The notes: generated from the sequence alone by a model not told the origin. A DNA stretch of 64,000 nt from an uncultured Acidobacteriota bacterium (GCA_963828465.1 CAWHEU010000022.1:539887-603886), one strand, 5' to 3'. Shown: positions 29,041-39,120, numbered from the stretch's first letter. Made by a program: numbers and translations.

Positions 29041-29770
29041 CCCACGACTAGCCGAGCGACGACGGGTTGTCGCCGAGGACCGAGCGCGACGCAAGGTCAG
29101 CCGCCTGGTCAAGTTCCTCGTTGCCCTCGGGTTCGCCGGGGCAGTCGTCTGGCTCTTCCTCTCGCCTTTGCTCAGCGTCGCCTCCGTGACGACCTCGGGA
29201 ATCGCGGCCAGCTCCGCCGACAGCGTCCTGGTCGAGCATGACGTGGTCGAGGGCACGCCGCTCATACTGATCCGGTCGAACGACGTTGAGAGCGCCCTCG
29301 AGAGCGACCCGTGGGTCCGCGAGTCCATGGTCGAGCTCGATTGGCCGACCGGTGTCGTTGTGCGGGTCCAGGAGAGGGTTCCTGCTGCCTGGCTGGAGAC
29401 CAACGAGGGGTGGGGGCTCTTCGCCGTCGATGGCGTCCAGCTTGGCACCGCCTCCGACCCCGATCCTGCGATGCCGTGGATCGAATTGGGTGCGATCCCC
29501 GCCGATGAGACCGAGACCTCCCAGGAGGTCCTCGGATCGCTCGAATTCGTAGCCACGCTGCCAGAGGAGCTCCGGGCCACGGCCAGGGTGCGTTCCGAGC
29601 CCGGGGGAGAGATCTGGGCAGAGGTTGCCGGGTTTCAGGTGCGACTCGGGCGGCCGGTGGAGATGGGCGCCAAGGCGTTGAGCTTGGCCGCATTGCTCCG
29701 TGAGGAGCCTGCACCGGGCTCGACCCTGACTCTCATCGCCCCGACCCATCCGGCCGTCTTGCCCCCGTGA
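29027..29770 (+). CDS. ftsQ: Cell division protein FtsQ/DivIB
   Basis: Basic N-terminus, TM, POTRA-like region (PWV...WP..V.V.V.ER); directly before ftsZ. Confidence 0.85.
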   Translation: MMRIDPRLAERRRVVAEDRARRKVSRLVKFLVALGFAGAVVWLFLSPLLSVASVTTSGIAASSADSVLVEHDVVEGTPLILIRSNDVESALESDPWVRESMVELDWPTGVVVRVQERVPAAWLETNEGWGLFAVDGVQLGTASDPDPAMPWIELGAIPADETETSQEVLGSLEFVATLPEELRATARVRSEPGGEIWAEVAGFQVRLGRPVEMGAKALSLAALLREEPAPGSTLTLIAPTHPAVLPP

Positions 29771-29886
29771 CGGTCTGACCCGAAGGTGTAGACGTCTAGT
29801 TGAAGGTTAGAGATTGAGTCTTTACTAACCCGTCGGCGAACGGTAAACCTCTACTTCAGCTTCCGATATCCACTGGAGGAATTGTC

Positions 29887-30936
29887 GTGAACTCGTCGAG
29901 CGGCGGCTATTTGGCCGTCATCAAAGTCGTAGGGATCGGCGGTGGCGGCGTCAACGCCGTCAATCGCATGGTCGACGCGGGCATACGCGGTGTCGAGTTC
30001 ATCGCGTTGAACACCGATGCCCAAGCACTGCTCATGAGCGATGCCGATGTCAAACTCGACATCGGCCGCGAGGTGACCAGAGGCCTGGGCGCCGGCGCCA
30101 ACCCCGAGATCGGTCGTGCCGCCGCCGAAGAGCACAAGGCGGAGTTGGAGGATGTCCTCAAGGGCTCCGACATGATCTTCATCACGGCGGGCGAGGGTGG
30201 TGGCACCGGTACCGGTGGGGCGCCCGTAGTTGCCGAGGTAGCCCGGTCCGTCGGCGCTCTCACTGTTGGCGTGGTCACCCGGCCGTTCGGTTTCGAGGGG
30301 AGACGTCGGGCGGTGCACGCCGAACAGGGCATCGACGATCTCAAGGATGCGGTCGACACCTTGATCGTCATCCCCAACGACCGACTGCTCGAAGTGGGAG
30401 ACCCCGAAGCCCCGATCGCCGAGACCTTCCGGCTGGCCGATGAGGTCCTGATGAGCGGTGTTGCCGGAATCACCGACCTGATCACGACTCCGGGCCTGAT
30501 CAACGTCGACTTCGCCGACGTGCGGACCATCATGTCGGACGCCGGCTCAGCGGTGATGGGCATCGGCCGGGCCACTGGTGAGAACCGAGCCAAGCAGGCC
30601 GCGGAGCGCGCCATCTCCAGCCCGATGCTGGAGACTTCGATGGAAGGCGCCAAAGGTGTCCTCCTCTCCGTATCCGGGCCCTCCTCGATGACGCTCCACG
30701 AGGCCACGGAAGCGGCCCGGGTCGTCGCCGATCACGCCGACACCGAGGCGGACATCATCTTCGGGGCGATCGTCGACGACGACCTTGGTGAGGAGATGAA
30801 GGTGACCGTGATCGCGGCCGGATTCGAACGGAGACGTCAAGGCCGCTCGGCAACCACGCGCCCCTCGACTCGCTCCTATTCCGGCTTCGACGAGGGGGAC
30901 GACGTCCTAGACATCCCCACCTTCGTCCAGGGATGA
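29887..30936 (+). CDS. ftsZ: Cell division protein FtsZ
   Basis: [31 protein letters not shown]-terminal LDIPTF. Confidence 0.98.
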   Translation: MNSSSGGYLAVIKVVGIGGGGVNAVNRMVDAGIRGVEFIALNTDAQALLMSDADVKLDIGREVTRGLGAGANPEIGRAAAEEHKAELEDVLKGSDMIFITAGEGGGTGTGGAPVVAEVARSVGALTVGVVTRPFGFEGRRRAVHAEQGIDDLKDAVDTLIVIPNDRLLEVGDPEAPIAETFRLADEVLMSGVAGITDLITTPGLINVDFADVRTIMSDAGSAVMGIGRATGENRAKQAAERAISSPMLETSMEGAKGVLLSVSGPSSMTLHEATEAARVVADHADTEADIIFGAIVDDDLGEEMKVTVIAAGFERRRQGRSATTRPSTRSYSGFDEGDDVLDIPTFVQG

Positions 30937-31556
30937 ACCGGGCCCCCGGTGTCGACGGGGCGGCGTTCACCGATGCGACAGACGGAGACCAGCGCAACGA
31001 TCTGACGGCGCGATCGGCGGTGTCGTCCTGGCTGGGGATCTCGCGTGACTGGGCTACGGTTCGCCAGGTCCACGGATCCGTCGTTGTTCGCGCCGAGGCT
31101 TCGGGAGAGCTAGACGAGGCCGATGCCATCTGGAGCGACGTGCCCGGCCTCCCAATGGCTGTGTTCACCGCCGACTGCTTCGGGGTCGTGCTCACCTCCG
31201 AGTCCGCCGTGGGCGTGGCTCATGCCGGTTGGCGGGGGGTAACGAGTGGTGTCGTCCCCGCCCTACGGGAGGAGATGATGCAGTCAGGCCATGTGCCCCG
31301 GGTCGCAGCCATCGGGCCCGGAATCGGCCCGTGTTGCTTCGAAGTGGGTTCTGAGGTGGCAGATCGGTTCCCCGAGGACTTGACGGAGACCCGATGGGGA
31401 GCGACCTCGGTGGACCTGGCGAAGGTTCTGAGCAGGCAGCTCGAAGGGTTGGACATCTGGCTCTCTGGCGCTTGCACCATGCATGAGGCGAGCCTGTACA
31501 GCCATCGTCGGAGCGGGACTTCGCTGCGCAATGCGACGATTGCCTGGGTGTCATGA
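30933..31556 (+). CDS. pgeF: YfiH/PgeF family (polyphenol oxidase-like) protein
   Basis: QVHG, ADA, TADC, HAGWRG, IGPGIG.CCFEVG, YSHRR. Confidence 0.9.
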   Translation: MNRAPGVDGAAFTDATDGDQRNDLTARSAVSSWLGISRDWATVRQVHGSVVVRAEASGELDEADAIWSDVPGLPMAVFTADCFGVVLTSESAVGVAHAGWRGVTSGVVPALREEMMQSGHVPRVAAIGPGIGPCCFEVGSEVADRFPEDLTETRWGATSVDLAKVLSRQLEGLDIWLSGACTMHEASLYSHRRSGTSLRNATIAWVS

Positions 31557-32227
31557 GCTACGACGATGCTGTCAAGAACTACGACGATGTCGCGGCGCGG
31601 ATGACGGCGGCAGCCGAGCGATCCGGCAGGGATGCTTCGGCGGTCCGACTGGTGGCGGTGTCCAAGGCGAAATCGGTGGCCGACATCGAGGCTGTGTATG
31701 AATTGGGTCACCGCGACTTCGGCGAGAACCGCGCCCAGGAGATGGCGGAGAAGGCGGCGAGGCTGCCCGATGACATCCGTTGGCACTTCGTCGGCGGTCT
31801 GCAGACGAACAAGGCACGTCTGATCCGACCCATCACCCATCTCCTCCATTCGATGGACAGGGAATCGCTTGCCGGAGCATGGGCGAAGGGAAGCGGACTG
31901 CCGCCGCCGGTCCTGTTGCAGGTGAACACCGGGCACGAGCCTCAGAAATCGGGAGTGGAGCCAGGCGATGCTGCCGCGACGCTGGCCCAGGTCCGGTCCG
32001 TCGGGCTGGAGGTCCGCGGGTTGATGGTTATCCCACCACTCACGGATGACCCGGAGGCGCAGCGCGCCCATTTCGCCGTGTTGCGGGAGATCCGGTCCGT
32101 CCTGGCCGTCGAGCATCCCGAGATCATCGAGCTCTCGATGGGAATGACCGACGACTTCGAGATAGCGATCGAGGAAGGCTCCTCAATTATCCGCGTGGGA
32201 CGGGCTATCTTTGGTGAACGCACCTGA
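31553..32227 (+). CDS. yggS: PLP homeostasis protein (YggS/PROSC)
   Basis: LVAVSK, FGENRAQE, WHFVG.LQTNK, LSMGMT.DFE.AIEEG..IRVG. Confidence 0.95.
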   Translation: MSYDDAVKNYDDVAARMTAAAERSGRDASAVRLVAVSKAKSVADIEAVYELGHRDFGENRAQEMAEKAARLPDDIRWHFVGGLQTNKARLIRPITHLLHSMDRESLAGAWAKGSGLPPPVLLQVNTGHEPQKSGVEPGDAAATLAQVRSVGLEVRGLMVIPPLTDDPEAQRAHFAVLREIRSVLAVEHPEIIELSMGMTDDFEIAIEEGSSIIRVGRAIFGERT

Positions 32228-32236
32228 CGGAGTGAT

Positions 32237-32770
32237 ATGTCGTCACTGTTCTCCAAAGCTCTCGTCTACCTGGGACTGGTCGACGAGGACCAGCTCGATT
32301 CCGAGACCGCCGATCGCCCTGCGGCCGGCACCATCGAGGAGCCTGCACGACGTGTCGAACCGCGGCGGGTCGAGCAATTCCCGCCCAGCCGGAGGGTGGA
32401 GCCGCCGCCTACTGGACGTGCCGCCACGAGGCCCCAGGGTCGCGACGGCCTTGAAACCGTCGGAGTCGTGAGGACTGTCGAGACACAGTCCGATGTCATC
32501 CTCGTCGAGGAGTTCGGTGATGCCCGGATCCTTGCCGATCGCATCCGGGACCGGGTGCCGGTCGTCCTCGACATGCGCCGAGCTGATCACGACCTGGTTC
32601 GCCGGGTGGTCGACTTCTCCTCGGGTCTGATCTACGCCCTCGACGGCTCGATGCGGAAAGTGGGCGATGGGCTCGTGGTCGTGCTGCCTCCGAGGGTCAC
32701 CCTGAGCCGGGAGGAAAAGCGGCGTCTCTCCACGCTGGGGGCTTACGAGCTCGACGACATCGACGACTGA
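32237..32770 (+). CDS. sepF: Cell division protein SepF
   Basis: KALVYLGL amphipathic N-terminus; RRVVDFSSGLIYALDG. Confidence 0.92.
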   Translation: MSSLFSKALVYLGLVDEDQLDSETADRPAAGTIEEPARRVEPRRVEQFPPSRRVEPPPTGRAATRPQGRDGLETVGVVRTVETQSDVILVEEFGDARILADRIRDRVPVVLDMRRADHDLVRRVVDFSSGLIYALDGSMRKVGDGLVVVLPPRVTLSREEKRRLSTLGAYELDDIDD

Positions 32771-32773
32771 CCT

Positions 32774-33043
32774 GTGAACATCGGCGGCGTCCTGATCCTG
32801 ATCCTGCAGATCTACTTCTATGCCGTTCTGGCGTGGGTGATCCTGTCCTGGATCCCGACGTCCTCGGAGCACCCGCTCGGCAAGGTCAACGTATTCCTGG
32901 ATCGGGTCATCTACCCGGTGATACTTCCGCTTCGCCGGGTCATCCCGCCCGTTCGTCTCGGCGGTGGGATGCTCGACCTCACACCTATCGTCCTCCTCAT
33001 CGGGATCCAGTTGCTGATGGGGCTGGTGCGGGGGATCTTCTGA
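32774..33043 (+). CDS. YggT/YlmG membrane protein
   Basis: VILSW, P...PLRRVIPP, LDLTPIV. Confidence 0.9.
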   Translation: MNIGGVLILILQIYFYAVLAWVILSWIPTSSEHPLGKVNVFLDRVIYPVILPLRRVIPPVRLGGGMLDLTPIVLLIGIQLLMGLVRGIF

Positions 33044-33102
33044 TCCTTGGAGCCAGGCGGGTTCGTTCGTATCCTCACTCCACAACCAAGGGGTAGATAG
33101 CT

Positions 33103-33861
33103 ATGGCGATAACACCCGCCGACATCGAGAAGAAGACCTTCTCCACCGCGCTCCGGGGCTACGACCTCGACGAGGTCGATGACTTCCTCGACGAGATGGT
33201 GGTTGCGGTCCGCGAGATCGAGGAGGAGCTCGCCCAAGCCAGGGAGCGGGTCGCCCAACTCGAGCAAGACCCGGATGCAGTTGCGGCGCTCGCCGCCGTC
33301 TCGGCTGCGCCGACCACTCCGGCGCCCGATGAGTCCGCTGTGGGTCGAGCGCTCATCGCCGCCCAGGCGGCAGCGGACAGGATGCTCGACGACGCACGAA
33401 CCGAAGCGGACAGGATCGTTGGGGACGCCAGGTCGGAGGCCGACACCTTCGCCCGGGAGCGGGATCAGAAGAAGGCGGAAGTCGACGCCGAGATGGCCGA
33501 GATGACCGGTCTTGTTGCCGGAGTTCGCAACCAGCTCGCCGTTCTCGCCACAACCGTGGCCGACAAGCTCGATGAGATGGATGTGGTCGTTTCGGGAGCC
33601 CATAGCAAGGGCTTGATGGACCAAGACACTGACACGGGGACGGCCGATTCCGAGCACGACATGGCAGACGACTCCGCGGATGAGATCGTCGACGGTGGCG
33701 ACGAGTTGGATCAGGATGCCGAAGGTGGGGATGATTCCGAGTCGGACGAGGAAGCCGGCTTGGAGGTCGATCTGGCGGAAGTCGAGTCCGCCGAGGGCGA
33801 CGACGATGCCGGCTCTTCAGAGATTGAGGGCGGGGACGGCGAGGAGAACCAGGAGAGCTGA
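33103..33861 (+). CDS. divIVA: DivIVA/Wag31
   Basis: ITPADIEKKTFS..LRGYD..EVDDFLD, coiled coil, highly acidic tail. Confidence 0.92.
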   Translation: MAITPADIEKKTFSTALRGYDLDEVDDFLDEMVVAVREIEEELAQARERVAQLEQDPDAVAALAAVSAAPTTPAPDESAVGRALIAAQAAADRMLDDARTEADRIVGDARSEADTFARERDQKKAEVDAEMAEMTGLVAGVRNQLAVLATTVADKLDEMDVVVSGAHSKGLMDQDTDTGTADSEHDMADDSADEIVDGGDELDQDAEGGDDSESDEEAGLEVDLAEVESAEGDDDAGSSEIEGGDGEENQES

Positions 33862-33864
33862 TCC

Positions 33865-34065
33865 TTGGGCTCGGCCGGCGACCTCGGCTTCTCCTATCAG
33901 GCCCCTCGCCCCGATGAGATCGTGATCTCACGAGATGGCGTCCCCGTGGCCACGCTGCGCGGGGAAGCGGCCGAGAAGTTCAAGAGCCGCATTGGAGACG
34001 GCGACCCCCAGCAACTCATGGCTCGAGTCACCGGCAACTACAGGCGGGGAAACGAGCGTCGTTAG
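33865..34065 (+). CDS. Small hypothetical protein
   Basis: 66 aa ending QLMARVTGNYRRGNERR; TTG start 3 nt after the divIVA stop. Confidence 0.7.
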   Translation: MGSAGDLGFSYQAPRPDEIVISRDGVPVATLRGEAAEKFKSRIGDGDPQQLMARVTGNYRRGNERR

Positions 34066-37000
34066 CGAGTCGGAGCCGGGCTGACCCGAAGTGAGACAGT
34101 CCGCCGATCGATGTCGAAGGACTGTCCCTGGTCGTCGACACCCTCCTCGATCGAGACCGCCAGCACCTCAGCGCCGATCTCGGTGGCATGGGTGGCGATG
34201 GCAGATCGAATCAGCGGGTCCTGGCTTCCCCACACCAGAACCACCCGGTCGGTCACATCTAGACCGGCCTCACGTCGCAGTCTCTGCGCCCGGCTGATCA
34301 CCTCCCTGGCGATGCCCTCGAGAAGCAATTCATCGGAGACATGGGTGTCGAGAGCGACCGCGAAGTCCGGTCCAGCCTCGACGACGGTTTCCTCCCTGGG
34401 TGTGCGCTCGACGACGAGATCAGTCGAGCCAATGTCTCGTCCGACAATGGAGACCGTGCCACCACCGAGGACGAATTCAAGATCCTCGGGTCCGAGGGCC
34501 GCTATGGCACTCGCCGCCTCTGGCATGTTCGACCCGTATAGCGGGCCGAGCGTGCGGAAGTTGGCTTTGGCCGACAGGTGAACCAGCTCCGCTTCGTCGG
34601 CGGACGTAGCCACAACCTTGACATTCAGCTCATCGGCTATCACATCGGAATGCGCCTCCACTGCCCGGGCCACGTCGGAGTCGCGGGTGAGCACAGTCAG
34701 CTTCATCAGTGGCTGACGAACGCGGAGACCCTCCCTCTTGCGCAGGTTGCGTCCCAGGCGAACCACCTCCCGGACCACTCCCATCGCCGCTTCCAGGTCC
34801 CGGTCGATGAGGGCGGTCTCGGCCTCGGGGAAGTCACGGTGATGAACGCTGGTAACGGCATCAGGATGATGGCGGGCAATCAGGTCCTGATACAGGTGCT
34901 CGGTGATGAACGGCAAGACAGGGGCGAGCACCTCGATGAATCTGGTCAACACCTCGTAGAGCGTGGCGAAGGCGGCCAGTTTGTCGGCGTCGCCTTCACC
35001 CGACTCACCCCGGGTCCGCCAAAACCGACGTCGTGACCGACGCACGTACCAGTTGGTCAGGTGATCGATGAACCCCAGGGTGGGTGGCACGACGTTGTAG
35101 AGGTAATAGCCCTCCATCTGTGTGTTGACTTCGGACACGAGGCTCTGCAGGACGGACAGGATCCATCGATCCAGCTCTGGCCGGTCACCCGGTTTCGGGG
35201 CCATCTCGAGGTCGGCCACGGTGATGCCGTCCGCCTCGGCGTACGTGGTGAAGAAGCTGTAGGTGTTCCACATCGGCAGGAGGACCGTGCGGACCACCTC
35301 GGCGACCCCGTCACTGCTGAAGCGGAGCGGCTCGGCCCGAAGGACCGGCGAGTTGATGAGGAAAGCCCGCAGCGCATCCGCCCCCATGTGGTCGAAGATC
35401 TCCGAAGGGTCCGGGTAGTTCTTGAGGCTCTTGGACATCTTTCGTCCGTCCTCGGCCAGGATCAGCCCGTTGACGACGCAGTTCTCGAAGGCAGGAGCGT
35501 CGAAGAGGGCAGTAGAGAGGACAATGAGGGTGTAGAACCAGCCCCTGGTCTGGTCGAGGCCTTCGGCGATGAATTTCGCGGGGAAGGCCGCCTCGAATCG
35601 CTCGGCGTTCTCGAACGGGTAGTGCAGCATCCCATAGGGCATAGAGCCAGACTCGAACCAGCCATCGAGGACCTCGGGGACCCTGATCATCGAACCACCG
35701 CAAGAGGAGCACGCCCAGCCGATTTCGTCGATGACGTGCTTGTGGAGATCGGCGGGTCGTTGCCCGGTGAGAGCCTCCAGCTCGTCGAGGGAGCCGACGG
35801 CGACCGCTTCGTCACAGCCGGTGCATTCCCATACCGGGATGCATGAGCCCCAATATCGGTTGCGGCTGACGGCCCAGTCGCGGGCATTCGCCAGCCAGTT
35901 GCCGTAGCGACGGCTTCCCACATAGTCGGGCACCCAATGGATCGTGTCGTTGATCTCCACCATGCGGTCCTTGATTTCTTCGACACGGATGAACCAGGTC
36001 GGGATCGCCTTGTAGATCAATGGTGTGCCCGTCCGCTCGCAGAAGGGGTAGGAGTGGGTGATCCTGTCGGCGTGGACCAAGCTGCCCGAAGACCGCAAGA
36101 GATCGATGAGGGTCTCGTCGGCCACCTTCACATTGAGGCCGGCGACCTCAGGCACTTGCTCGGTGAAGTCACCCTCGGCGTCGACCGGGTCGACCAATGA
36201 TTCGATCCCTGCCGCCTTGAGGGCGTAGAAGTCGGCCTCGCCATAGGCAGGGGCCATATGCACCAGCCCCGTCCCCTCGTCAACGGTCACTTCCGGTGAG
36301 GCGATGATGCGAAATGCCCCCGCCTCACGCTCGGCCTCGAAATGATCGAAGGGTGGCCGGTAGGGGACACCGAGCAGCTCGGAACCTTTGGCCTCACCGA
36401 CGATATTCGGATCGTCGCCGAACACTGTCGTTGCACGTGCGGTGGCAATCCAGTAGTGGTCATCGCCCCAATTTTGTTCATCGCCGCTGATGCGGGAGTA
36501 GGCCATGTCCTCACCTACGGCCACGGCCAGGTTGCCAGGAAGGGTCCAAGGGGTAGTTGTCCAGATCAGGAGGTAGTCGCCGGCCATGACAGGGCCCGCA
36601 TCTTCGAGCACCTCGAGCCTCACGGTTATCGAGGGGTCCTCGACATCGCGATAGTCCTTGTTCGCCTCGAAATTGGAGAGCGGGGTAGCCGCCCCCCACG
36701 AGTAGGGGAGGACCTTGAAGTCCTTGTAGACCAGTCCCTTGTCCCACAGCTGCTTGAAGACCCACCAGACCGTCTCCATGTACTCGGGGTCGAGGGTCTT
36801 GTAGTCATTGTCGAAGTCCACCCAGCGGCCGATGCGCTCGGTCAGAACCTCCCAGTTCTCGGTGTTGGCCTGGACCACACTCCGTGCCGCCTCGTTGAAC
36901 CGGTCGACTCCGTACTCGGCGATCGCCTTCGGACCTGATATGCCCAGACGCTTCTCGACCTCCATCTCGATTGGTAGCCCGTGGGTGTCCCAGCCGAATC

Positions 37001-37283
37001 GCCTTTCGACGCGATATCCACGCATGGTCCAGTAGCGGGGCACCATGTCCTTGATGACGCCGGCGAGGAGGTTTCCGTAATGCGGGCTCCCGGTGGGGAA
37101 CGGCGGCCCGTCATAGAAGATGTATTCCTTGTCGGCCGGTCGGCGCAGGACGGATTCTTCGAATGCTTTGGATTCGCGCCATAGCTCGAGAATGCCCTTT
37201 TCCATGGCAGGAATATCCACAACTGGCTCGACCCGGGTGAAATCTCCGGCCCCCTTCGGCGCGTCCTGAGCGTTCGTCGTCAT
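34062..37283 (-). CDS. ileS: Isoleucyl-tRNA synthetase, type 2 (eukaryote-like)
   Basis: FYDGPPF.TG.PHYGN, GWDTHGLP, WTTTPWTL, DWAVSRNRYWG, EGLDQTRGWF, KMSKS, NWYVRRSRRRFW, long type-2 C-terminus. Confidence 0.95.
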   Translation of the reverse strand: MTTNAQDAPKGAGDFTRVEPVVDIPAMEKGILELWRESKAFEESVLRRPADKEYIFYDGPPFPTGSPHYGNLLAGVIKDMVPRYWTMRGYRVERRFGWDTHGLPIEMEVEKRLGISGPKAIAEYGVDRFNEAARSVVQANTENWEVLTERIGRWVDFDNDYKTLDPEYMETVWWVFKQLWDKGLVYKDFKVLPYSWGAATPLSNFEANKDYRDVEDPSITVRLEVLEDAGPVMAGDYLLIWTTTPWTLPGNLAVAVGEDMAYSRISGDEQNWGDDHYWIATARATTVFGDDPNIVGEAKGSELLGVPYRPPFDHFEAEREAGAFRIIASPEVTVDEGTGLVHMAPAYGEADFYALKAAGIESLVDPVDAEGDFTEQVPEVAGLNVKVADETLIDLLRSSGSLVHADRITHSYPFCERTGTPLIYKAIPTWFIRVEEIKDRMVEINDTIHWVPDYVGSRRYGNWLANARDWAVSRNRYWGSCIPVWECTGCDEAVAVGSLDELEALTGQRPADLHKHVIDEIGWACSSCGGSMIRVPEVLDGWFESGSMPYGMLHYPFENAERFEAAFPAKFIAEGLDQTRGWFYTLIVLSTALFDAPAFENCVVNGLILAEDGRKMSKSLKNYPDPSEIFDHMGADALRAFLINSPVLRAEPLRFSSDGVAEVVRTVLLPMWNTYSFFTTYAEADGITVADLEMAPKPGDRPELDRWILSVLQSLVSEVNTQMEGYYLYNVVPPTLGFIDHLTNWYVRRSRRRFWRTRGESGEGDADKLAAFATLYEVLTRFIEVLAPVLPFITEHLYQDLIARHHPDAVTSVHHRDFPEAETALIDRDLEAAMGVVREVVRLGRNLRKREGLRVRQPLMKLTVLTRDSDVARAVEAHSDVIADELNVKVVATSADEAELVHLSAKANFRTLGPLYGSNMPEAASAIAALGPEDLEFVLGGGTVSIVGRDIGSTDLVVERTPREETVVEAGPDFAVALDTHVSDELLLEGIAREVISRAQRLRREAGLDVTDRVVLVWGSQDPLIRSAIATHATEIGAEVLAVSIEEGVDDQGQSFDIDRRTVSLRVSPAPTR

Positions 37284-37391
37284 GTGAGTCGGAAATGCTA
37301 GGGCGCGGCGCCTTGTTGCAGGCTTCGATGAAACCCGCCCCATAGGTGCCGTGCGTTGGTAGGGTTTCCGCCCTTTACGCAGGGGATTCAC

Positions 37392-37763
37392 GTGGCCAGA
37401 CAGCTCGCCAAGTCAACCGTGGACAAATTCCGGGCAAGACTGGAAGAGGAGCGAGCGCGGCTCCAGGGGCTCGTCGACGACTACGAGCAGGAGTTGGAGG
37501 AGGCACGGCTTTCCGAGAGCTCGTCCGACCGCAGCCCCGACCCCGGCAACGCGGAGGCCAGCTCCACGAAATTGGAGTACGCCAAGGAGCTATCGATCGA
37601 GCAGAACACCCTCGATCTCCTCAGCAAGGTCGAGCGGGCGCTGGAAAAAATAGAGCAAGGCACATACGGCATATGCGAGAGCTGCGGCAAGTCGATACCC
37701 ATGGCGAGACTCGACGTCCTTCCATACGCGACGCTCTGCGTCGACTGCGCACGCAAGGCTTGA
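37392..37763 (+). CDS. TraR/DksA C4-type zinc finger protein
   Basis: Coiled coil followed by GTYGICESCG..I...RL...P.A..CVDC. Confidence 0.9.
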   Translation: MARQLAKSTVDKFRARLEEERARLQGLVDDYEQELEEARLSESSSDRSPDPGNAEASSTKLEYAKELSIEQNTLDLLSKVERALEKIEQGTYGICESCGKSIPMARLDVLPYATLCVDCARKA

Positions 37764-38221
37764 TCCGCAGATACGGCCTCGGGGTTGGGCTGGCCGCGCT
37801 CGTGGTGCTGCTCGACGCGGTCACCAAGCGGTGGGCCTCCATCGAGCTCGTCAACGGCGACATCGTGATCATCCCCAACTTCCTCGTGCTCACATTCACC
37901 GAGAATCCCGGTGCCGCCTTCTCCATGTTCGAGAATGCAGGCCCGTTCTTCGGAATCGCCGCCATCACTGTCAGCGCCGCGTTGCTGTGGTCCCTCCGAC
38001 TCGACCGCCCCTGGATGGAGACAGCCGCCTACGGGTTGATCATCGGTGGTGCGTTGGGGAACCTCGTCGACAGGGTGTTCCGCGGACCCGGCCTGCTCGA
38101 TGGAAAAGTCATCGACTGGATCGACCTGTGGTGGATCCCGACCTTCAACGTGGCCGACATGTCGATCACCATCGCAGTCGGGCTGCTACTGATTCACGCG
38201 TGGCTGGCACGCTCAACCTAG
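37760..38221 (+). CDS. lspA: Lipoprotein signal peptidase II
   Basis: D..TK, NPGAAFS, GGALGNLVDR, VIDWI, FNVAD. Confidence 0.93.
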   Translation: MIRRYGLGVGLAALVVLLDAVTKRWASIELVNGDIVIIPNFLVLTFTENPGAAFSMFENAGPFFGIAAITVSAALLWSLRLDRPWMETAAYGLIIGGALGNLVDRVFRGPGLLDGKVIDWIDLWWIPTFNVADMSITIAVGLLLIHAWLARST

Positions 38222-39120
38222 AGGTGCCCGAGCGCCTCGAAGGGCAACGGGTCGACAAGGTGCTGGCCGACCTGCTCGAACTGAGCCGTGCCCAGGCCCG
38301 CTCCCTGCTCGAGGCGGGGGTGCTCCTCGACGGATCCCCCGCCCGCCCCAGCGACCGCGTCCACACCGGGGCGGTCGTCGAGACCCCCATCCCGGAGGTC
38401 GCTACCGGACTGGTTGCCGAGCCGGTCGAATTCGGAGTGATCCACGAGGATCCAGACTTGATCATCGTCGACAAGCCCCCCGGTCTCGTGGTTCACCCAG
38501 GCTCAGGCCAAGAGCGTCCCACTCTGGCTGCCGGGTTGCTTCATAGATACCCGGAGTTGGAGGGTGTGGGCGCCGCCGGGCGTTGGGGCATGATCCACCG
38601 TCTCGACCGTGACACGTCTGGTGTTCTGGTGGTGGGTCGCACCGCAGCGTCTTTCGAACGGCTCAACGCCGCCATGGCCCGGCGTCAGATACGACGGCAT
38701 TACACCACCTTGGTCCATGGCAGATTTGCCACGCCTACCGGGACAGTCGATGCGCCGGTCGGACGAGACCCGGATCGGCCAACGAGGCGAGCCGTCGTCC
38801 CGGGCGGGAAACCGGCAGTGACCCATTACGAAGTCGTCGAGGAGTTCGCAGCTGCAGATGTGTCCTTGCTCGAAGTTGCGCTGGCCACCGGCCGCACCCA
38901 CCAGATCAGAGTCCACATGACGGCGATCGACCATGCCATCGTCGGCGACAAGGCCTACACGAGCATGAACAAGGCAGTCGACAGTCCCCGGATCTTCCTC
39001 CATGCCCACATGGTGGGCCTCTACCACCCGACCACCGGCGAGGAGCTGATTTTCACATCGCCCTTGCCATCTGATCTCGCTGAGGCGCTCGATTTGGTCC
39101 GCTCCACGGAGGACGGGTAG
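38200..39120 (+). CDS. rluD: RluA/RluD family pseudouridine synthase
   Basis: S4 domain (RVDK.LA), DKPPGLVVHP, HRLDRDTSG, TGRTHQIRVH, LHA. Confidence 0.93.
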   Translation: MAGTLNLEVPERLEGQRVDKVLADLLELSRAQARSLLEAGVLLDGSPARPSDRVHTGAVVETPIPEVATGLVAEPVEFGVIHEDPDLIIVDKPPGLVVHPGSGQERPTLAAGLLHRYPELEGVGAAGRWGMIHRLDRDTSGVLVVGRTAASFERLNAAMARRQIRRHYTTLVHGRFATPTGTVDAPVGRDPDRPTRRAVVPGGKPAVTHYEVVEEFAAADVSLLEVALATGRTHQIRVHMTAIDHAIVGDKAYTSMNKAVDSPRIFLHAHMVGLYHPTTGEELIFTSPLPSDLAEALDLVRSTEDG

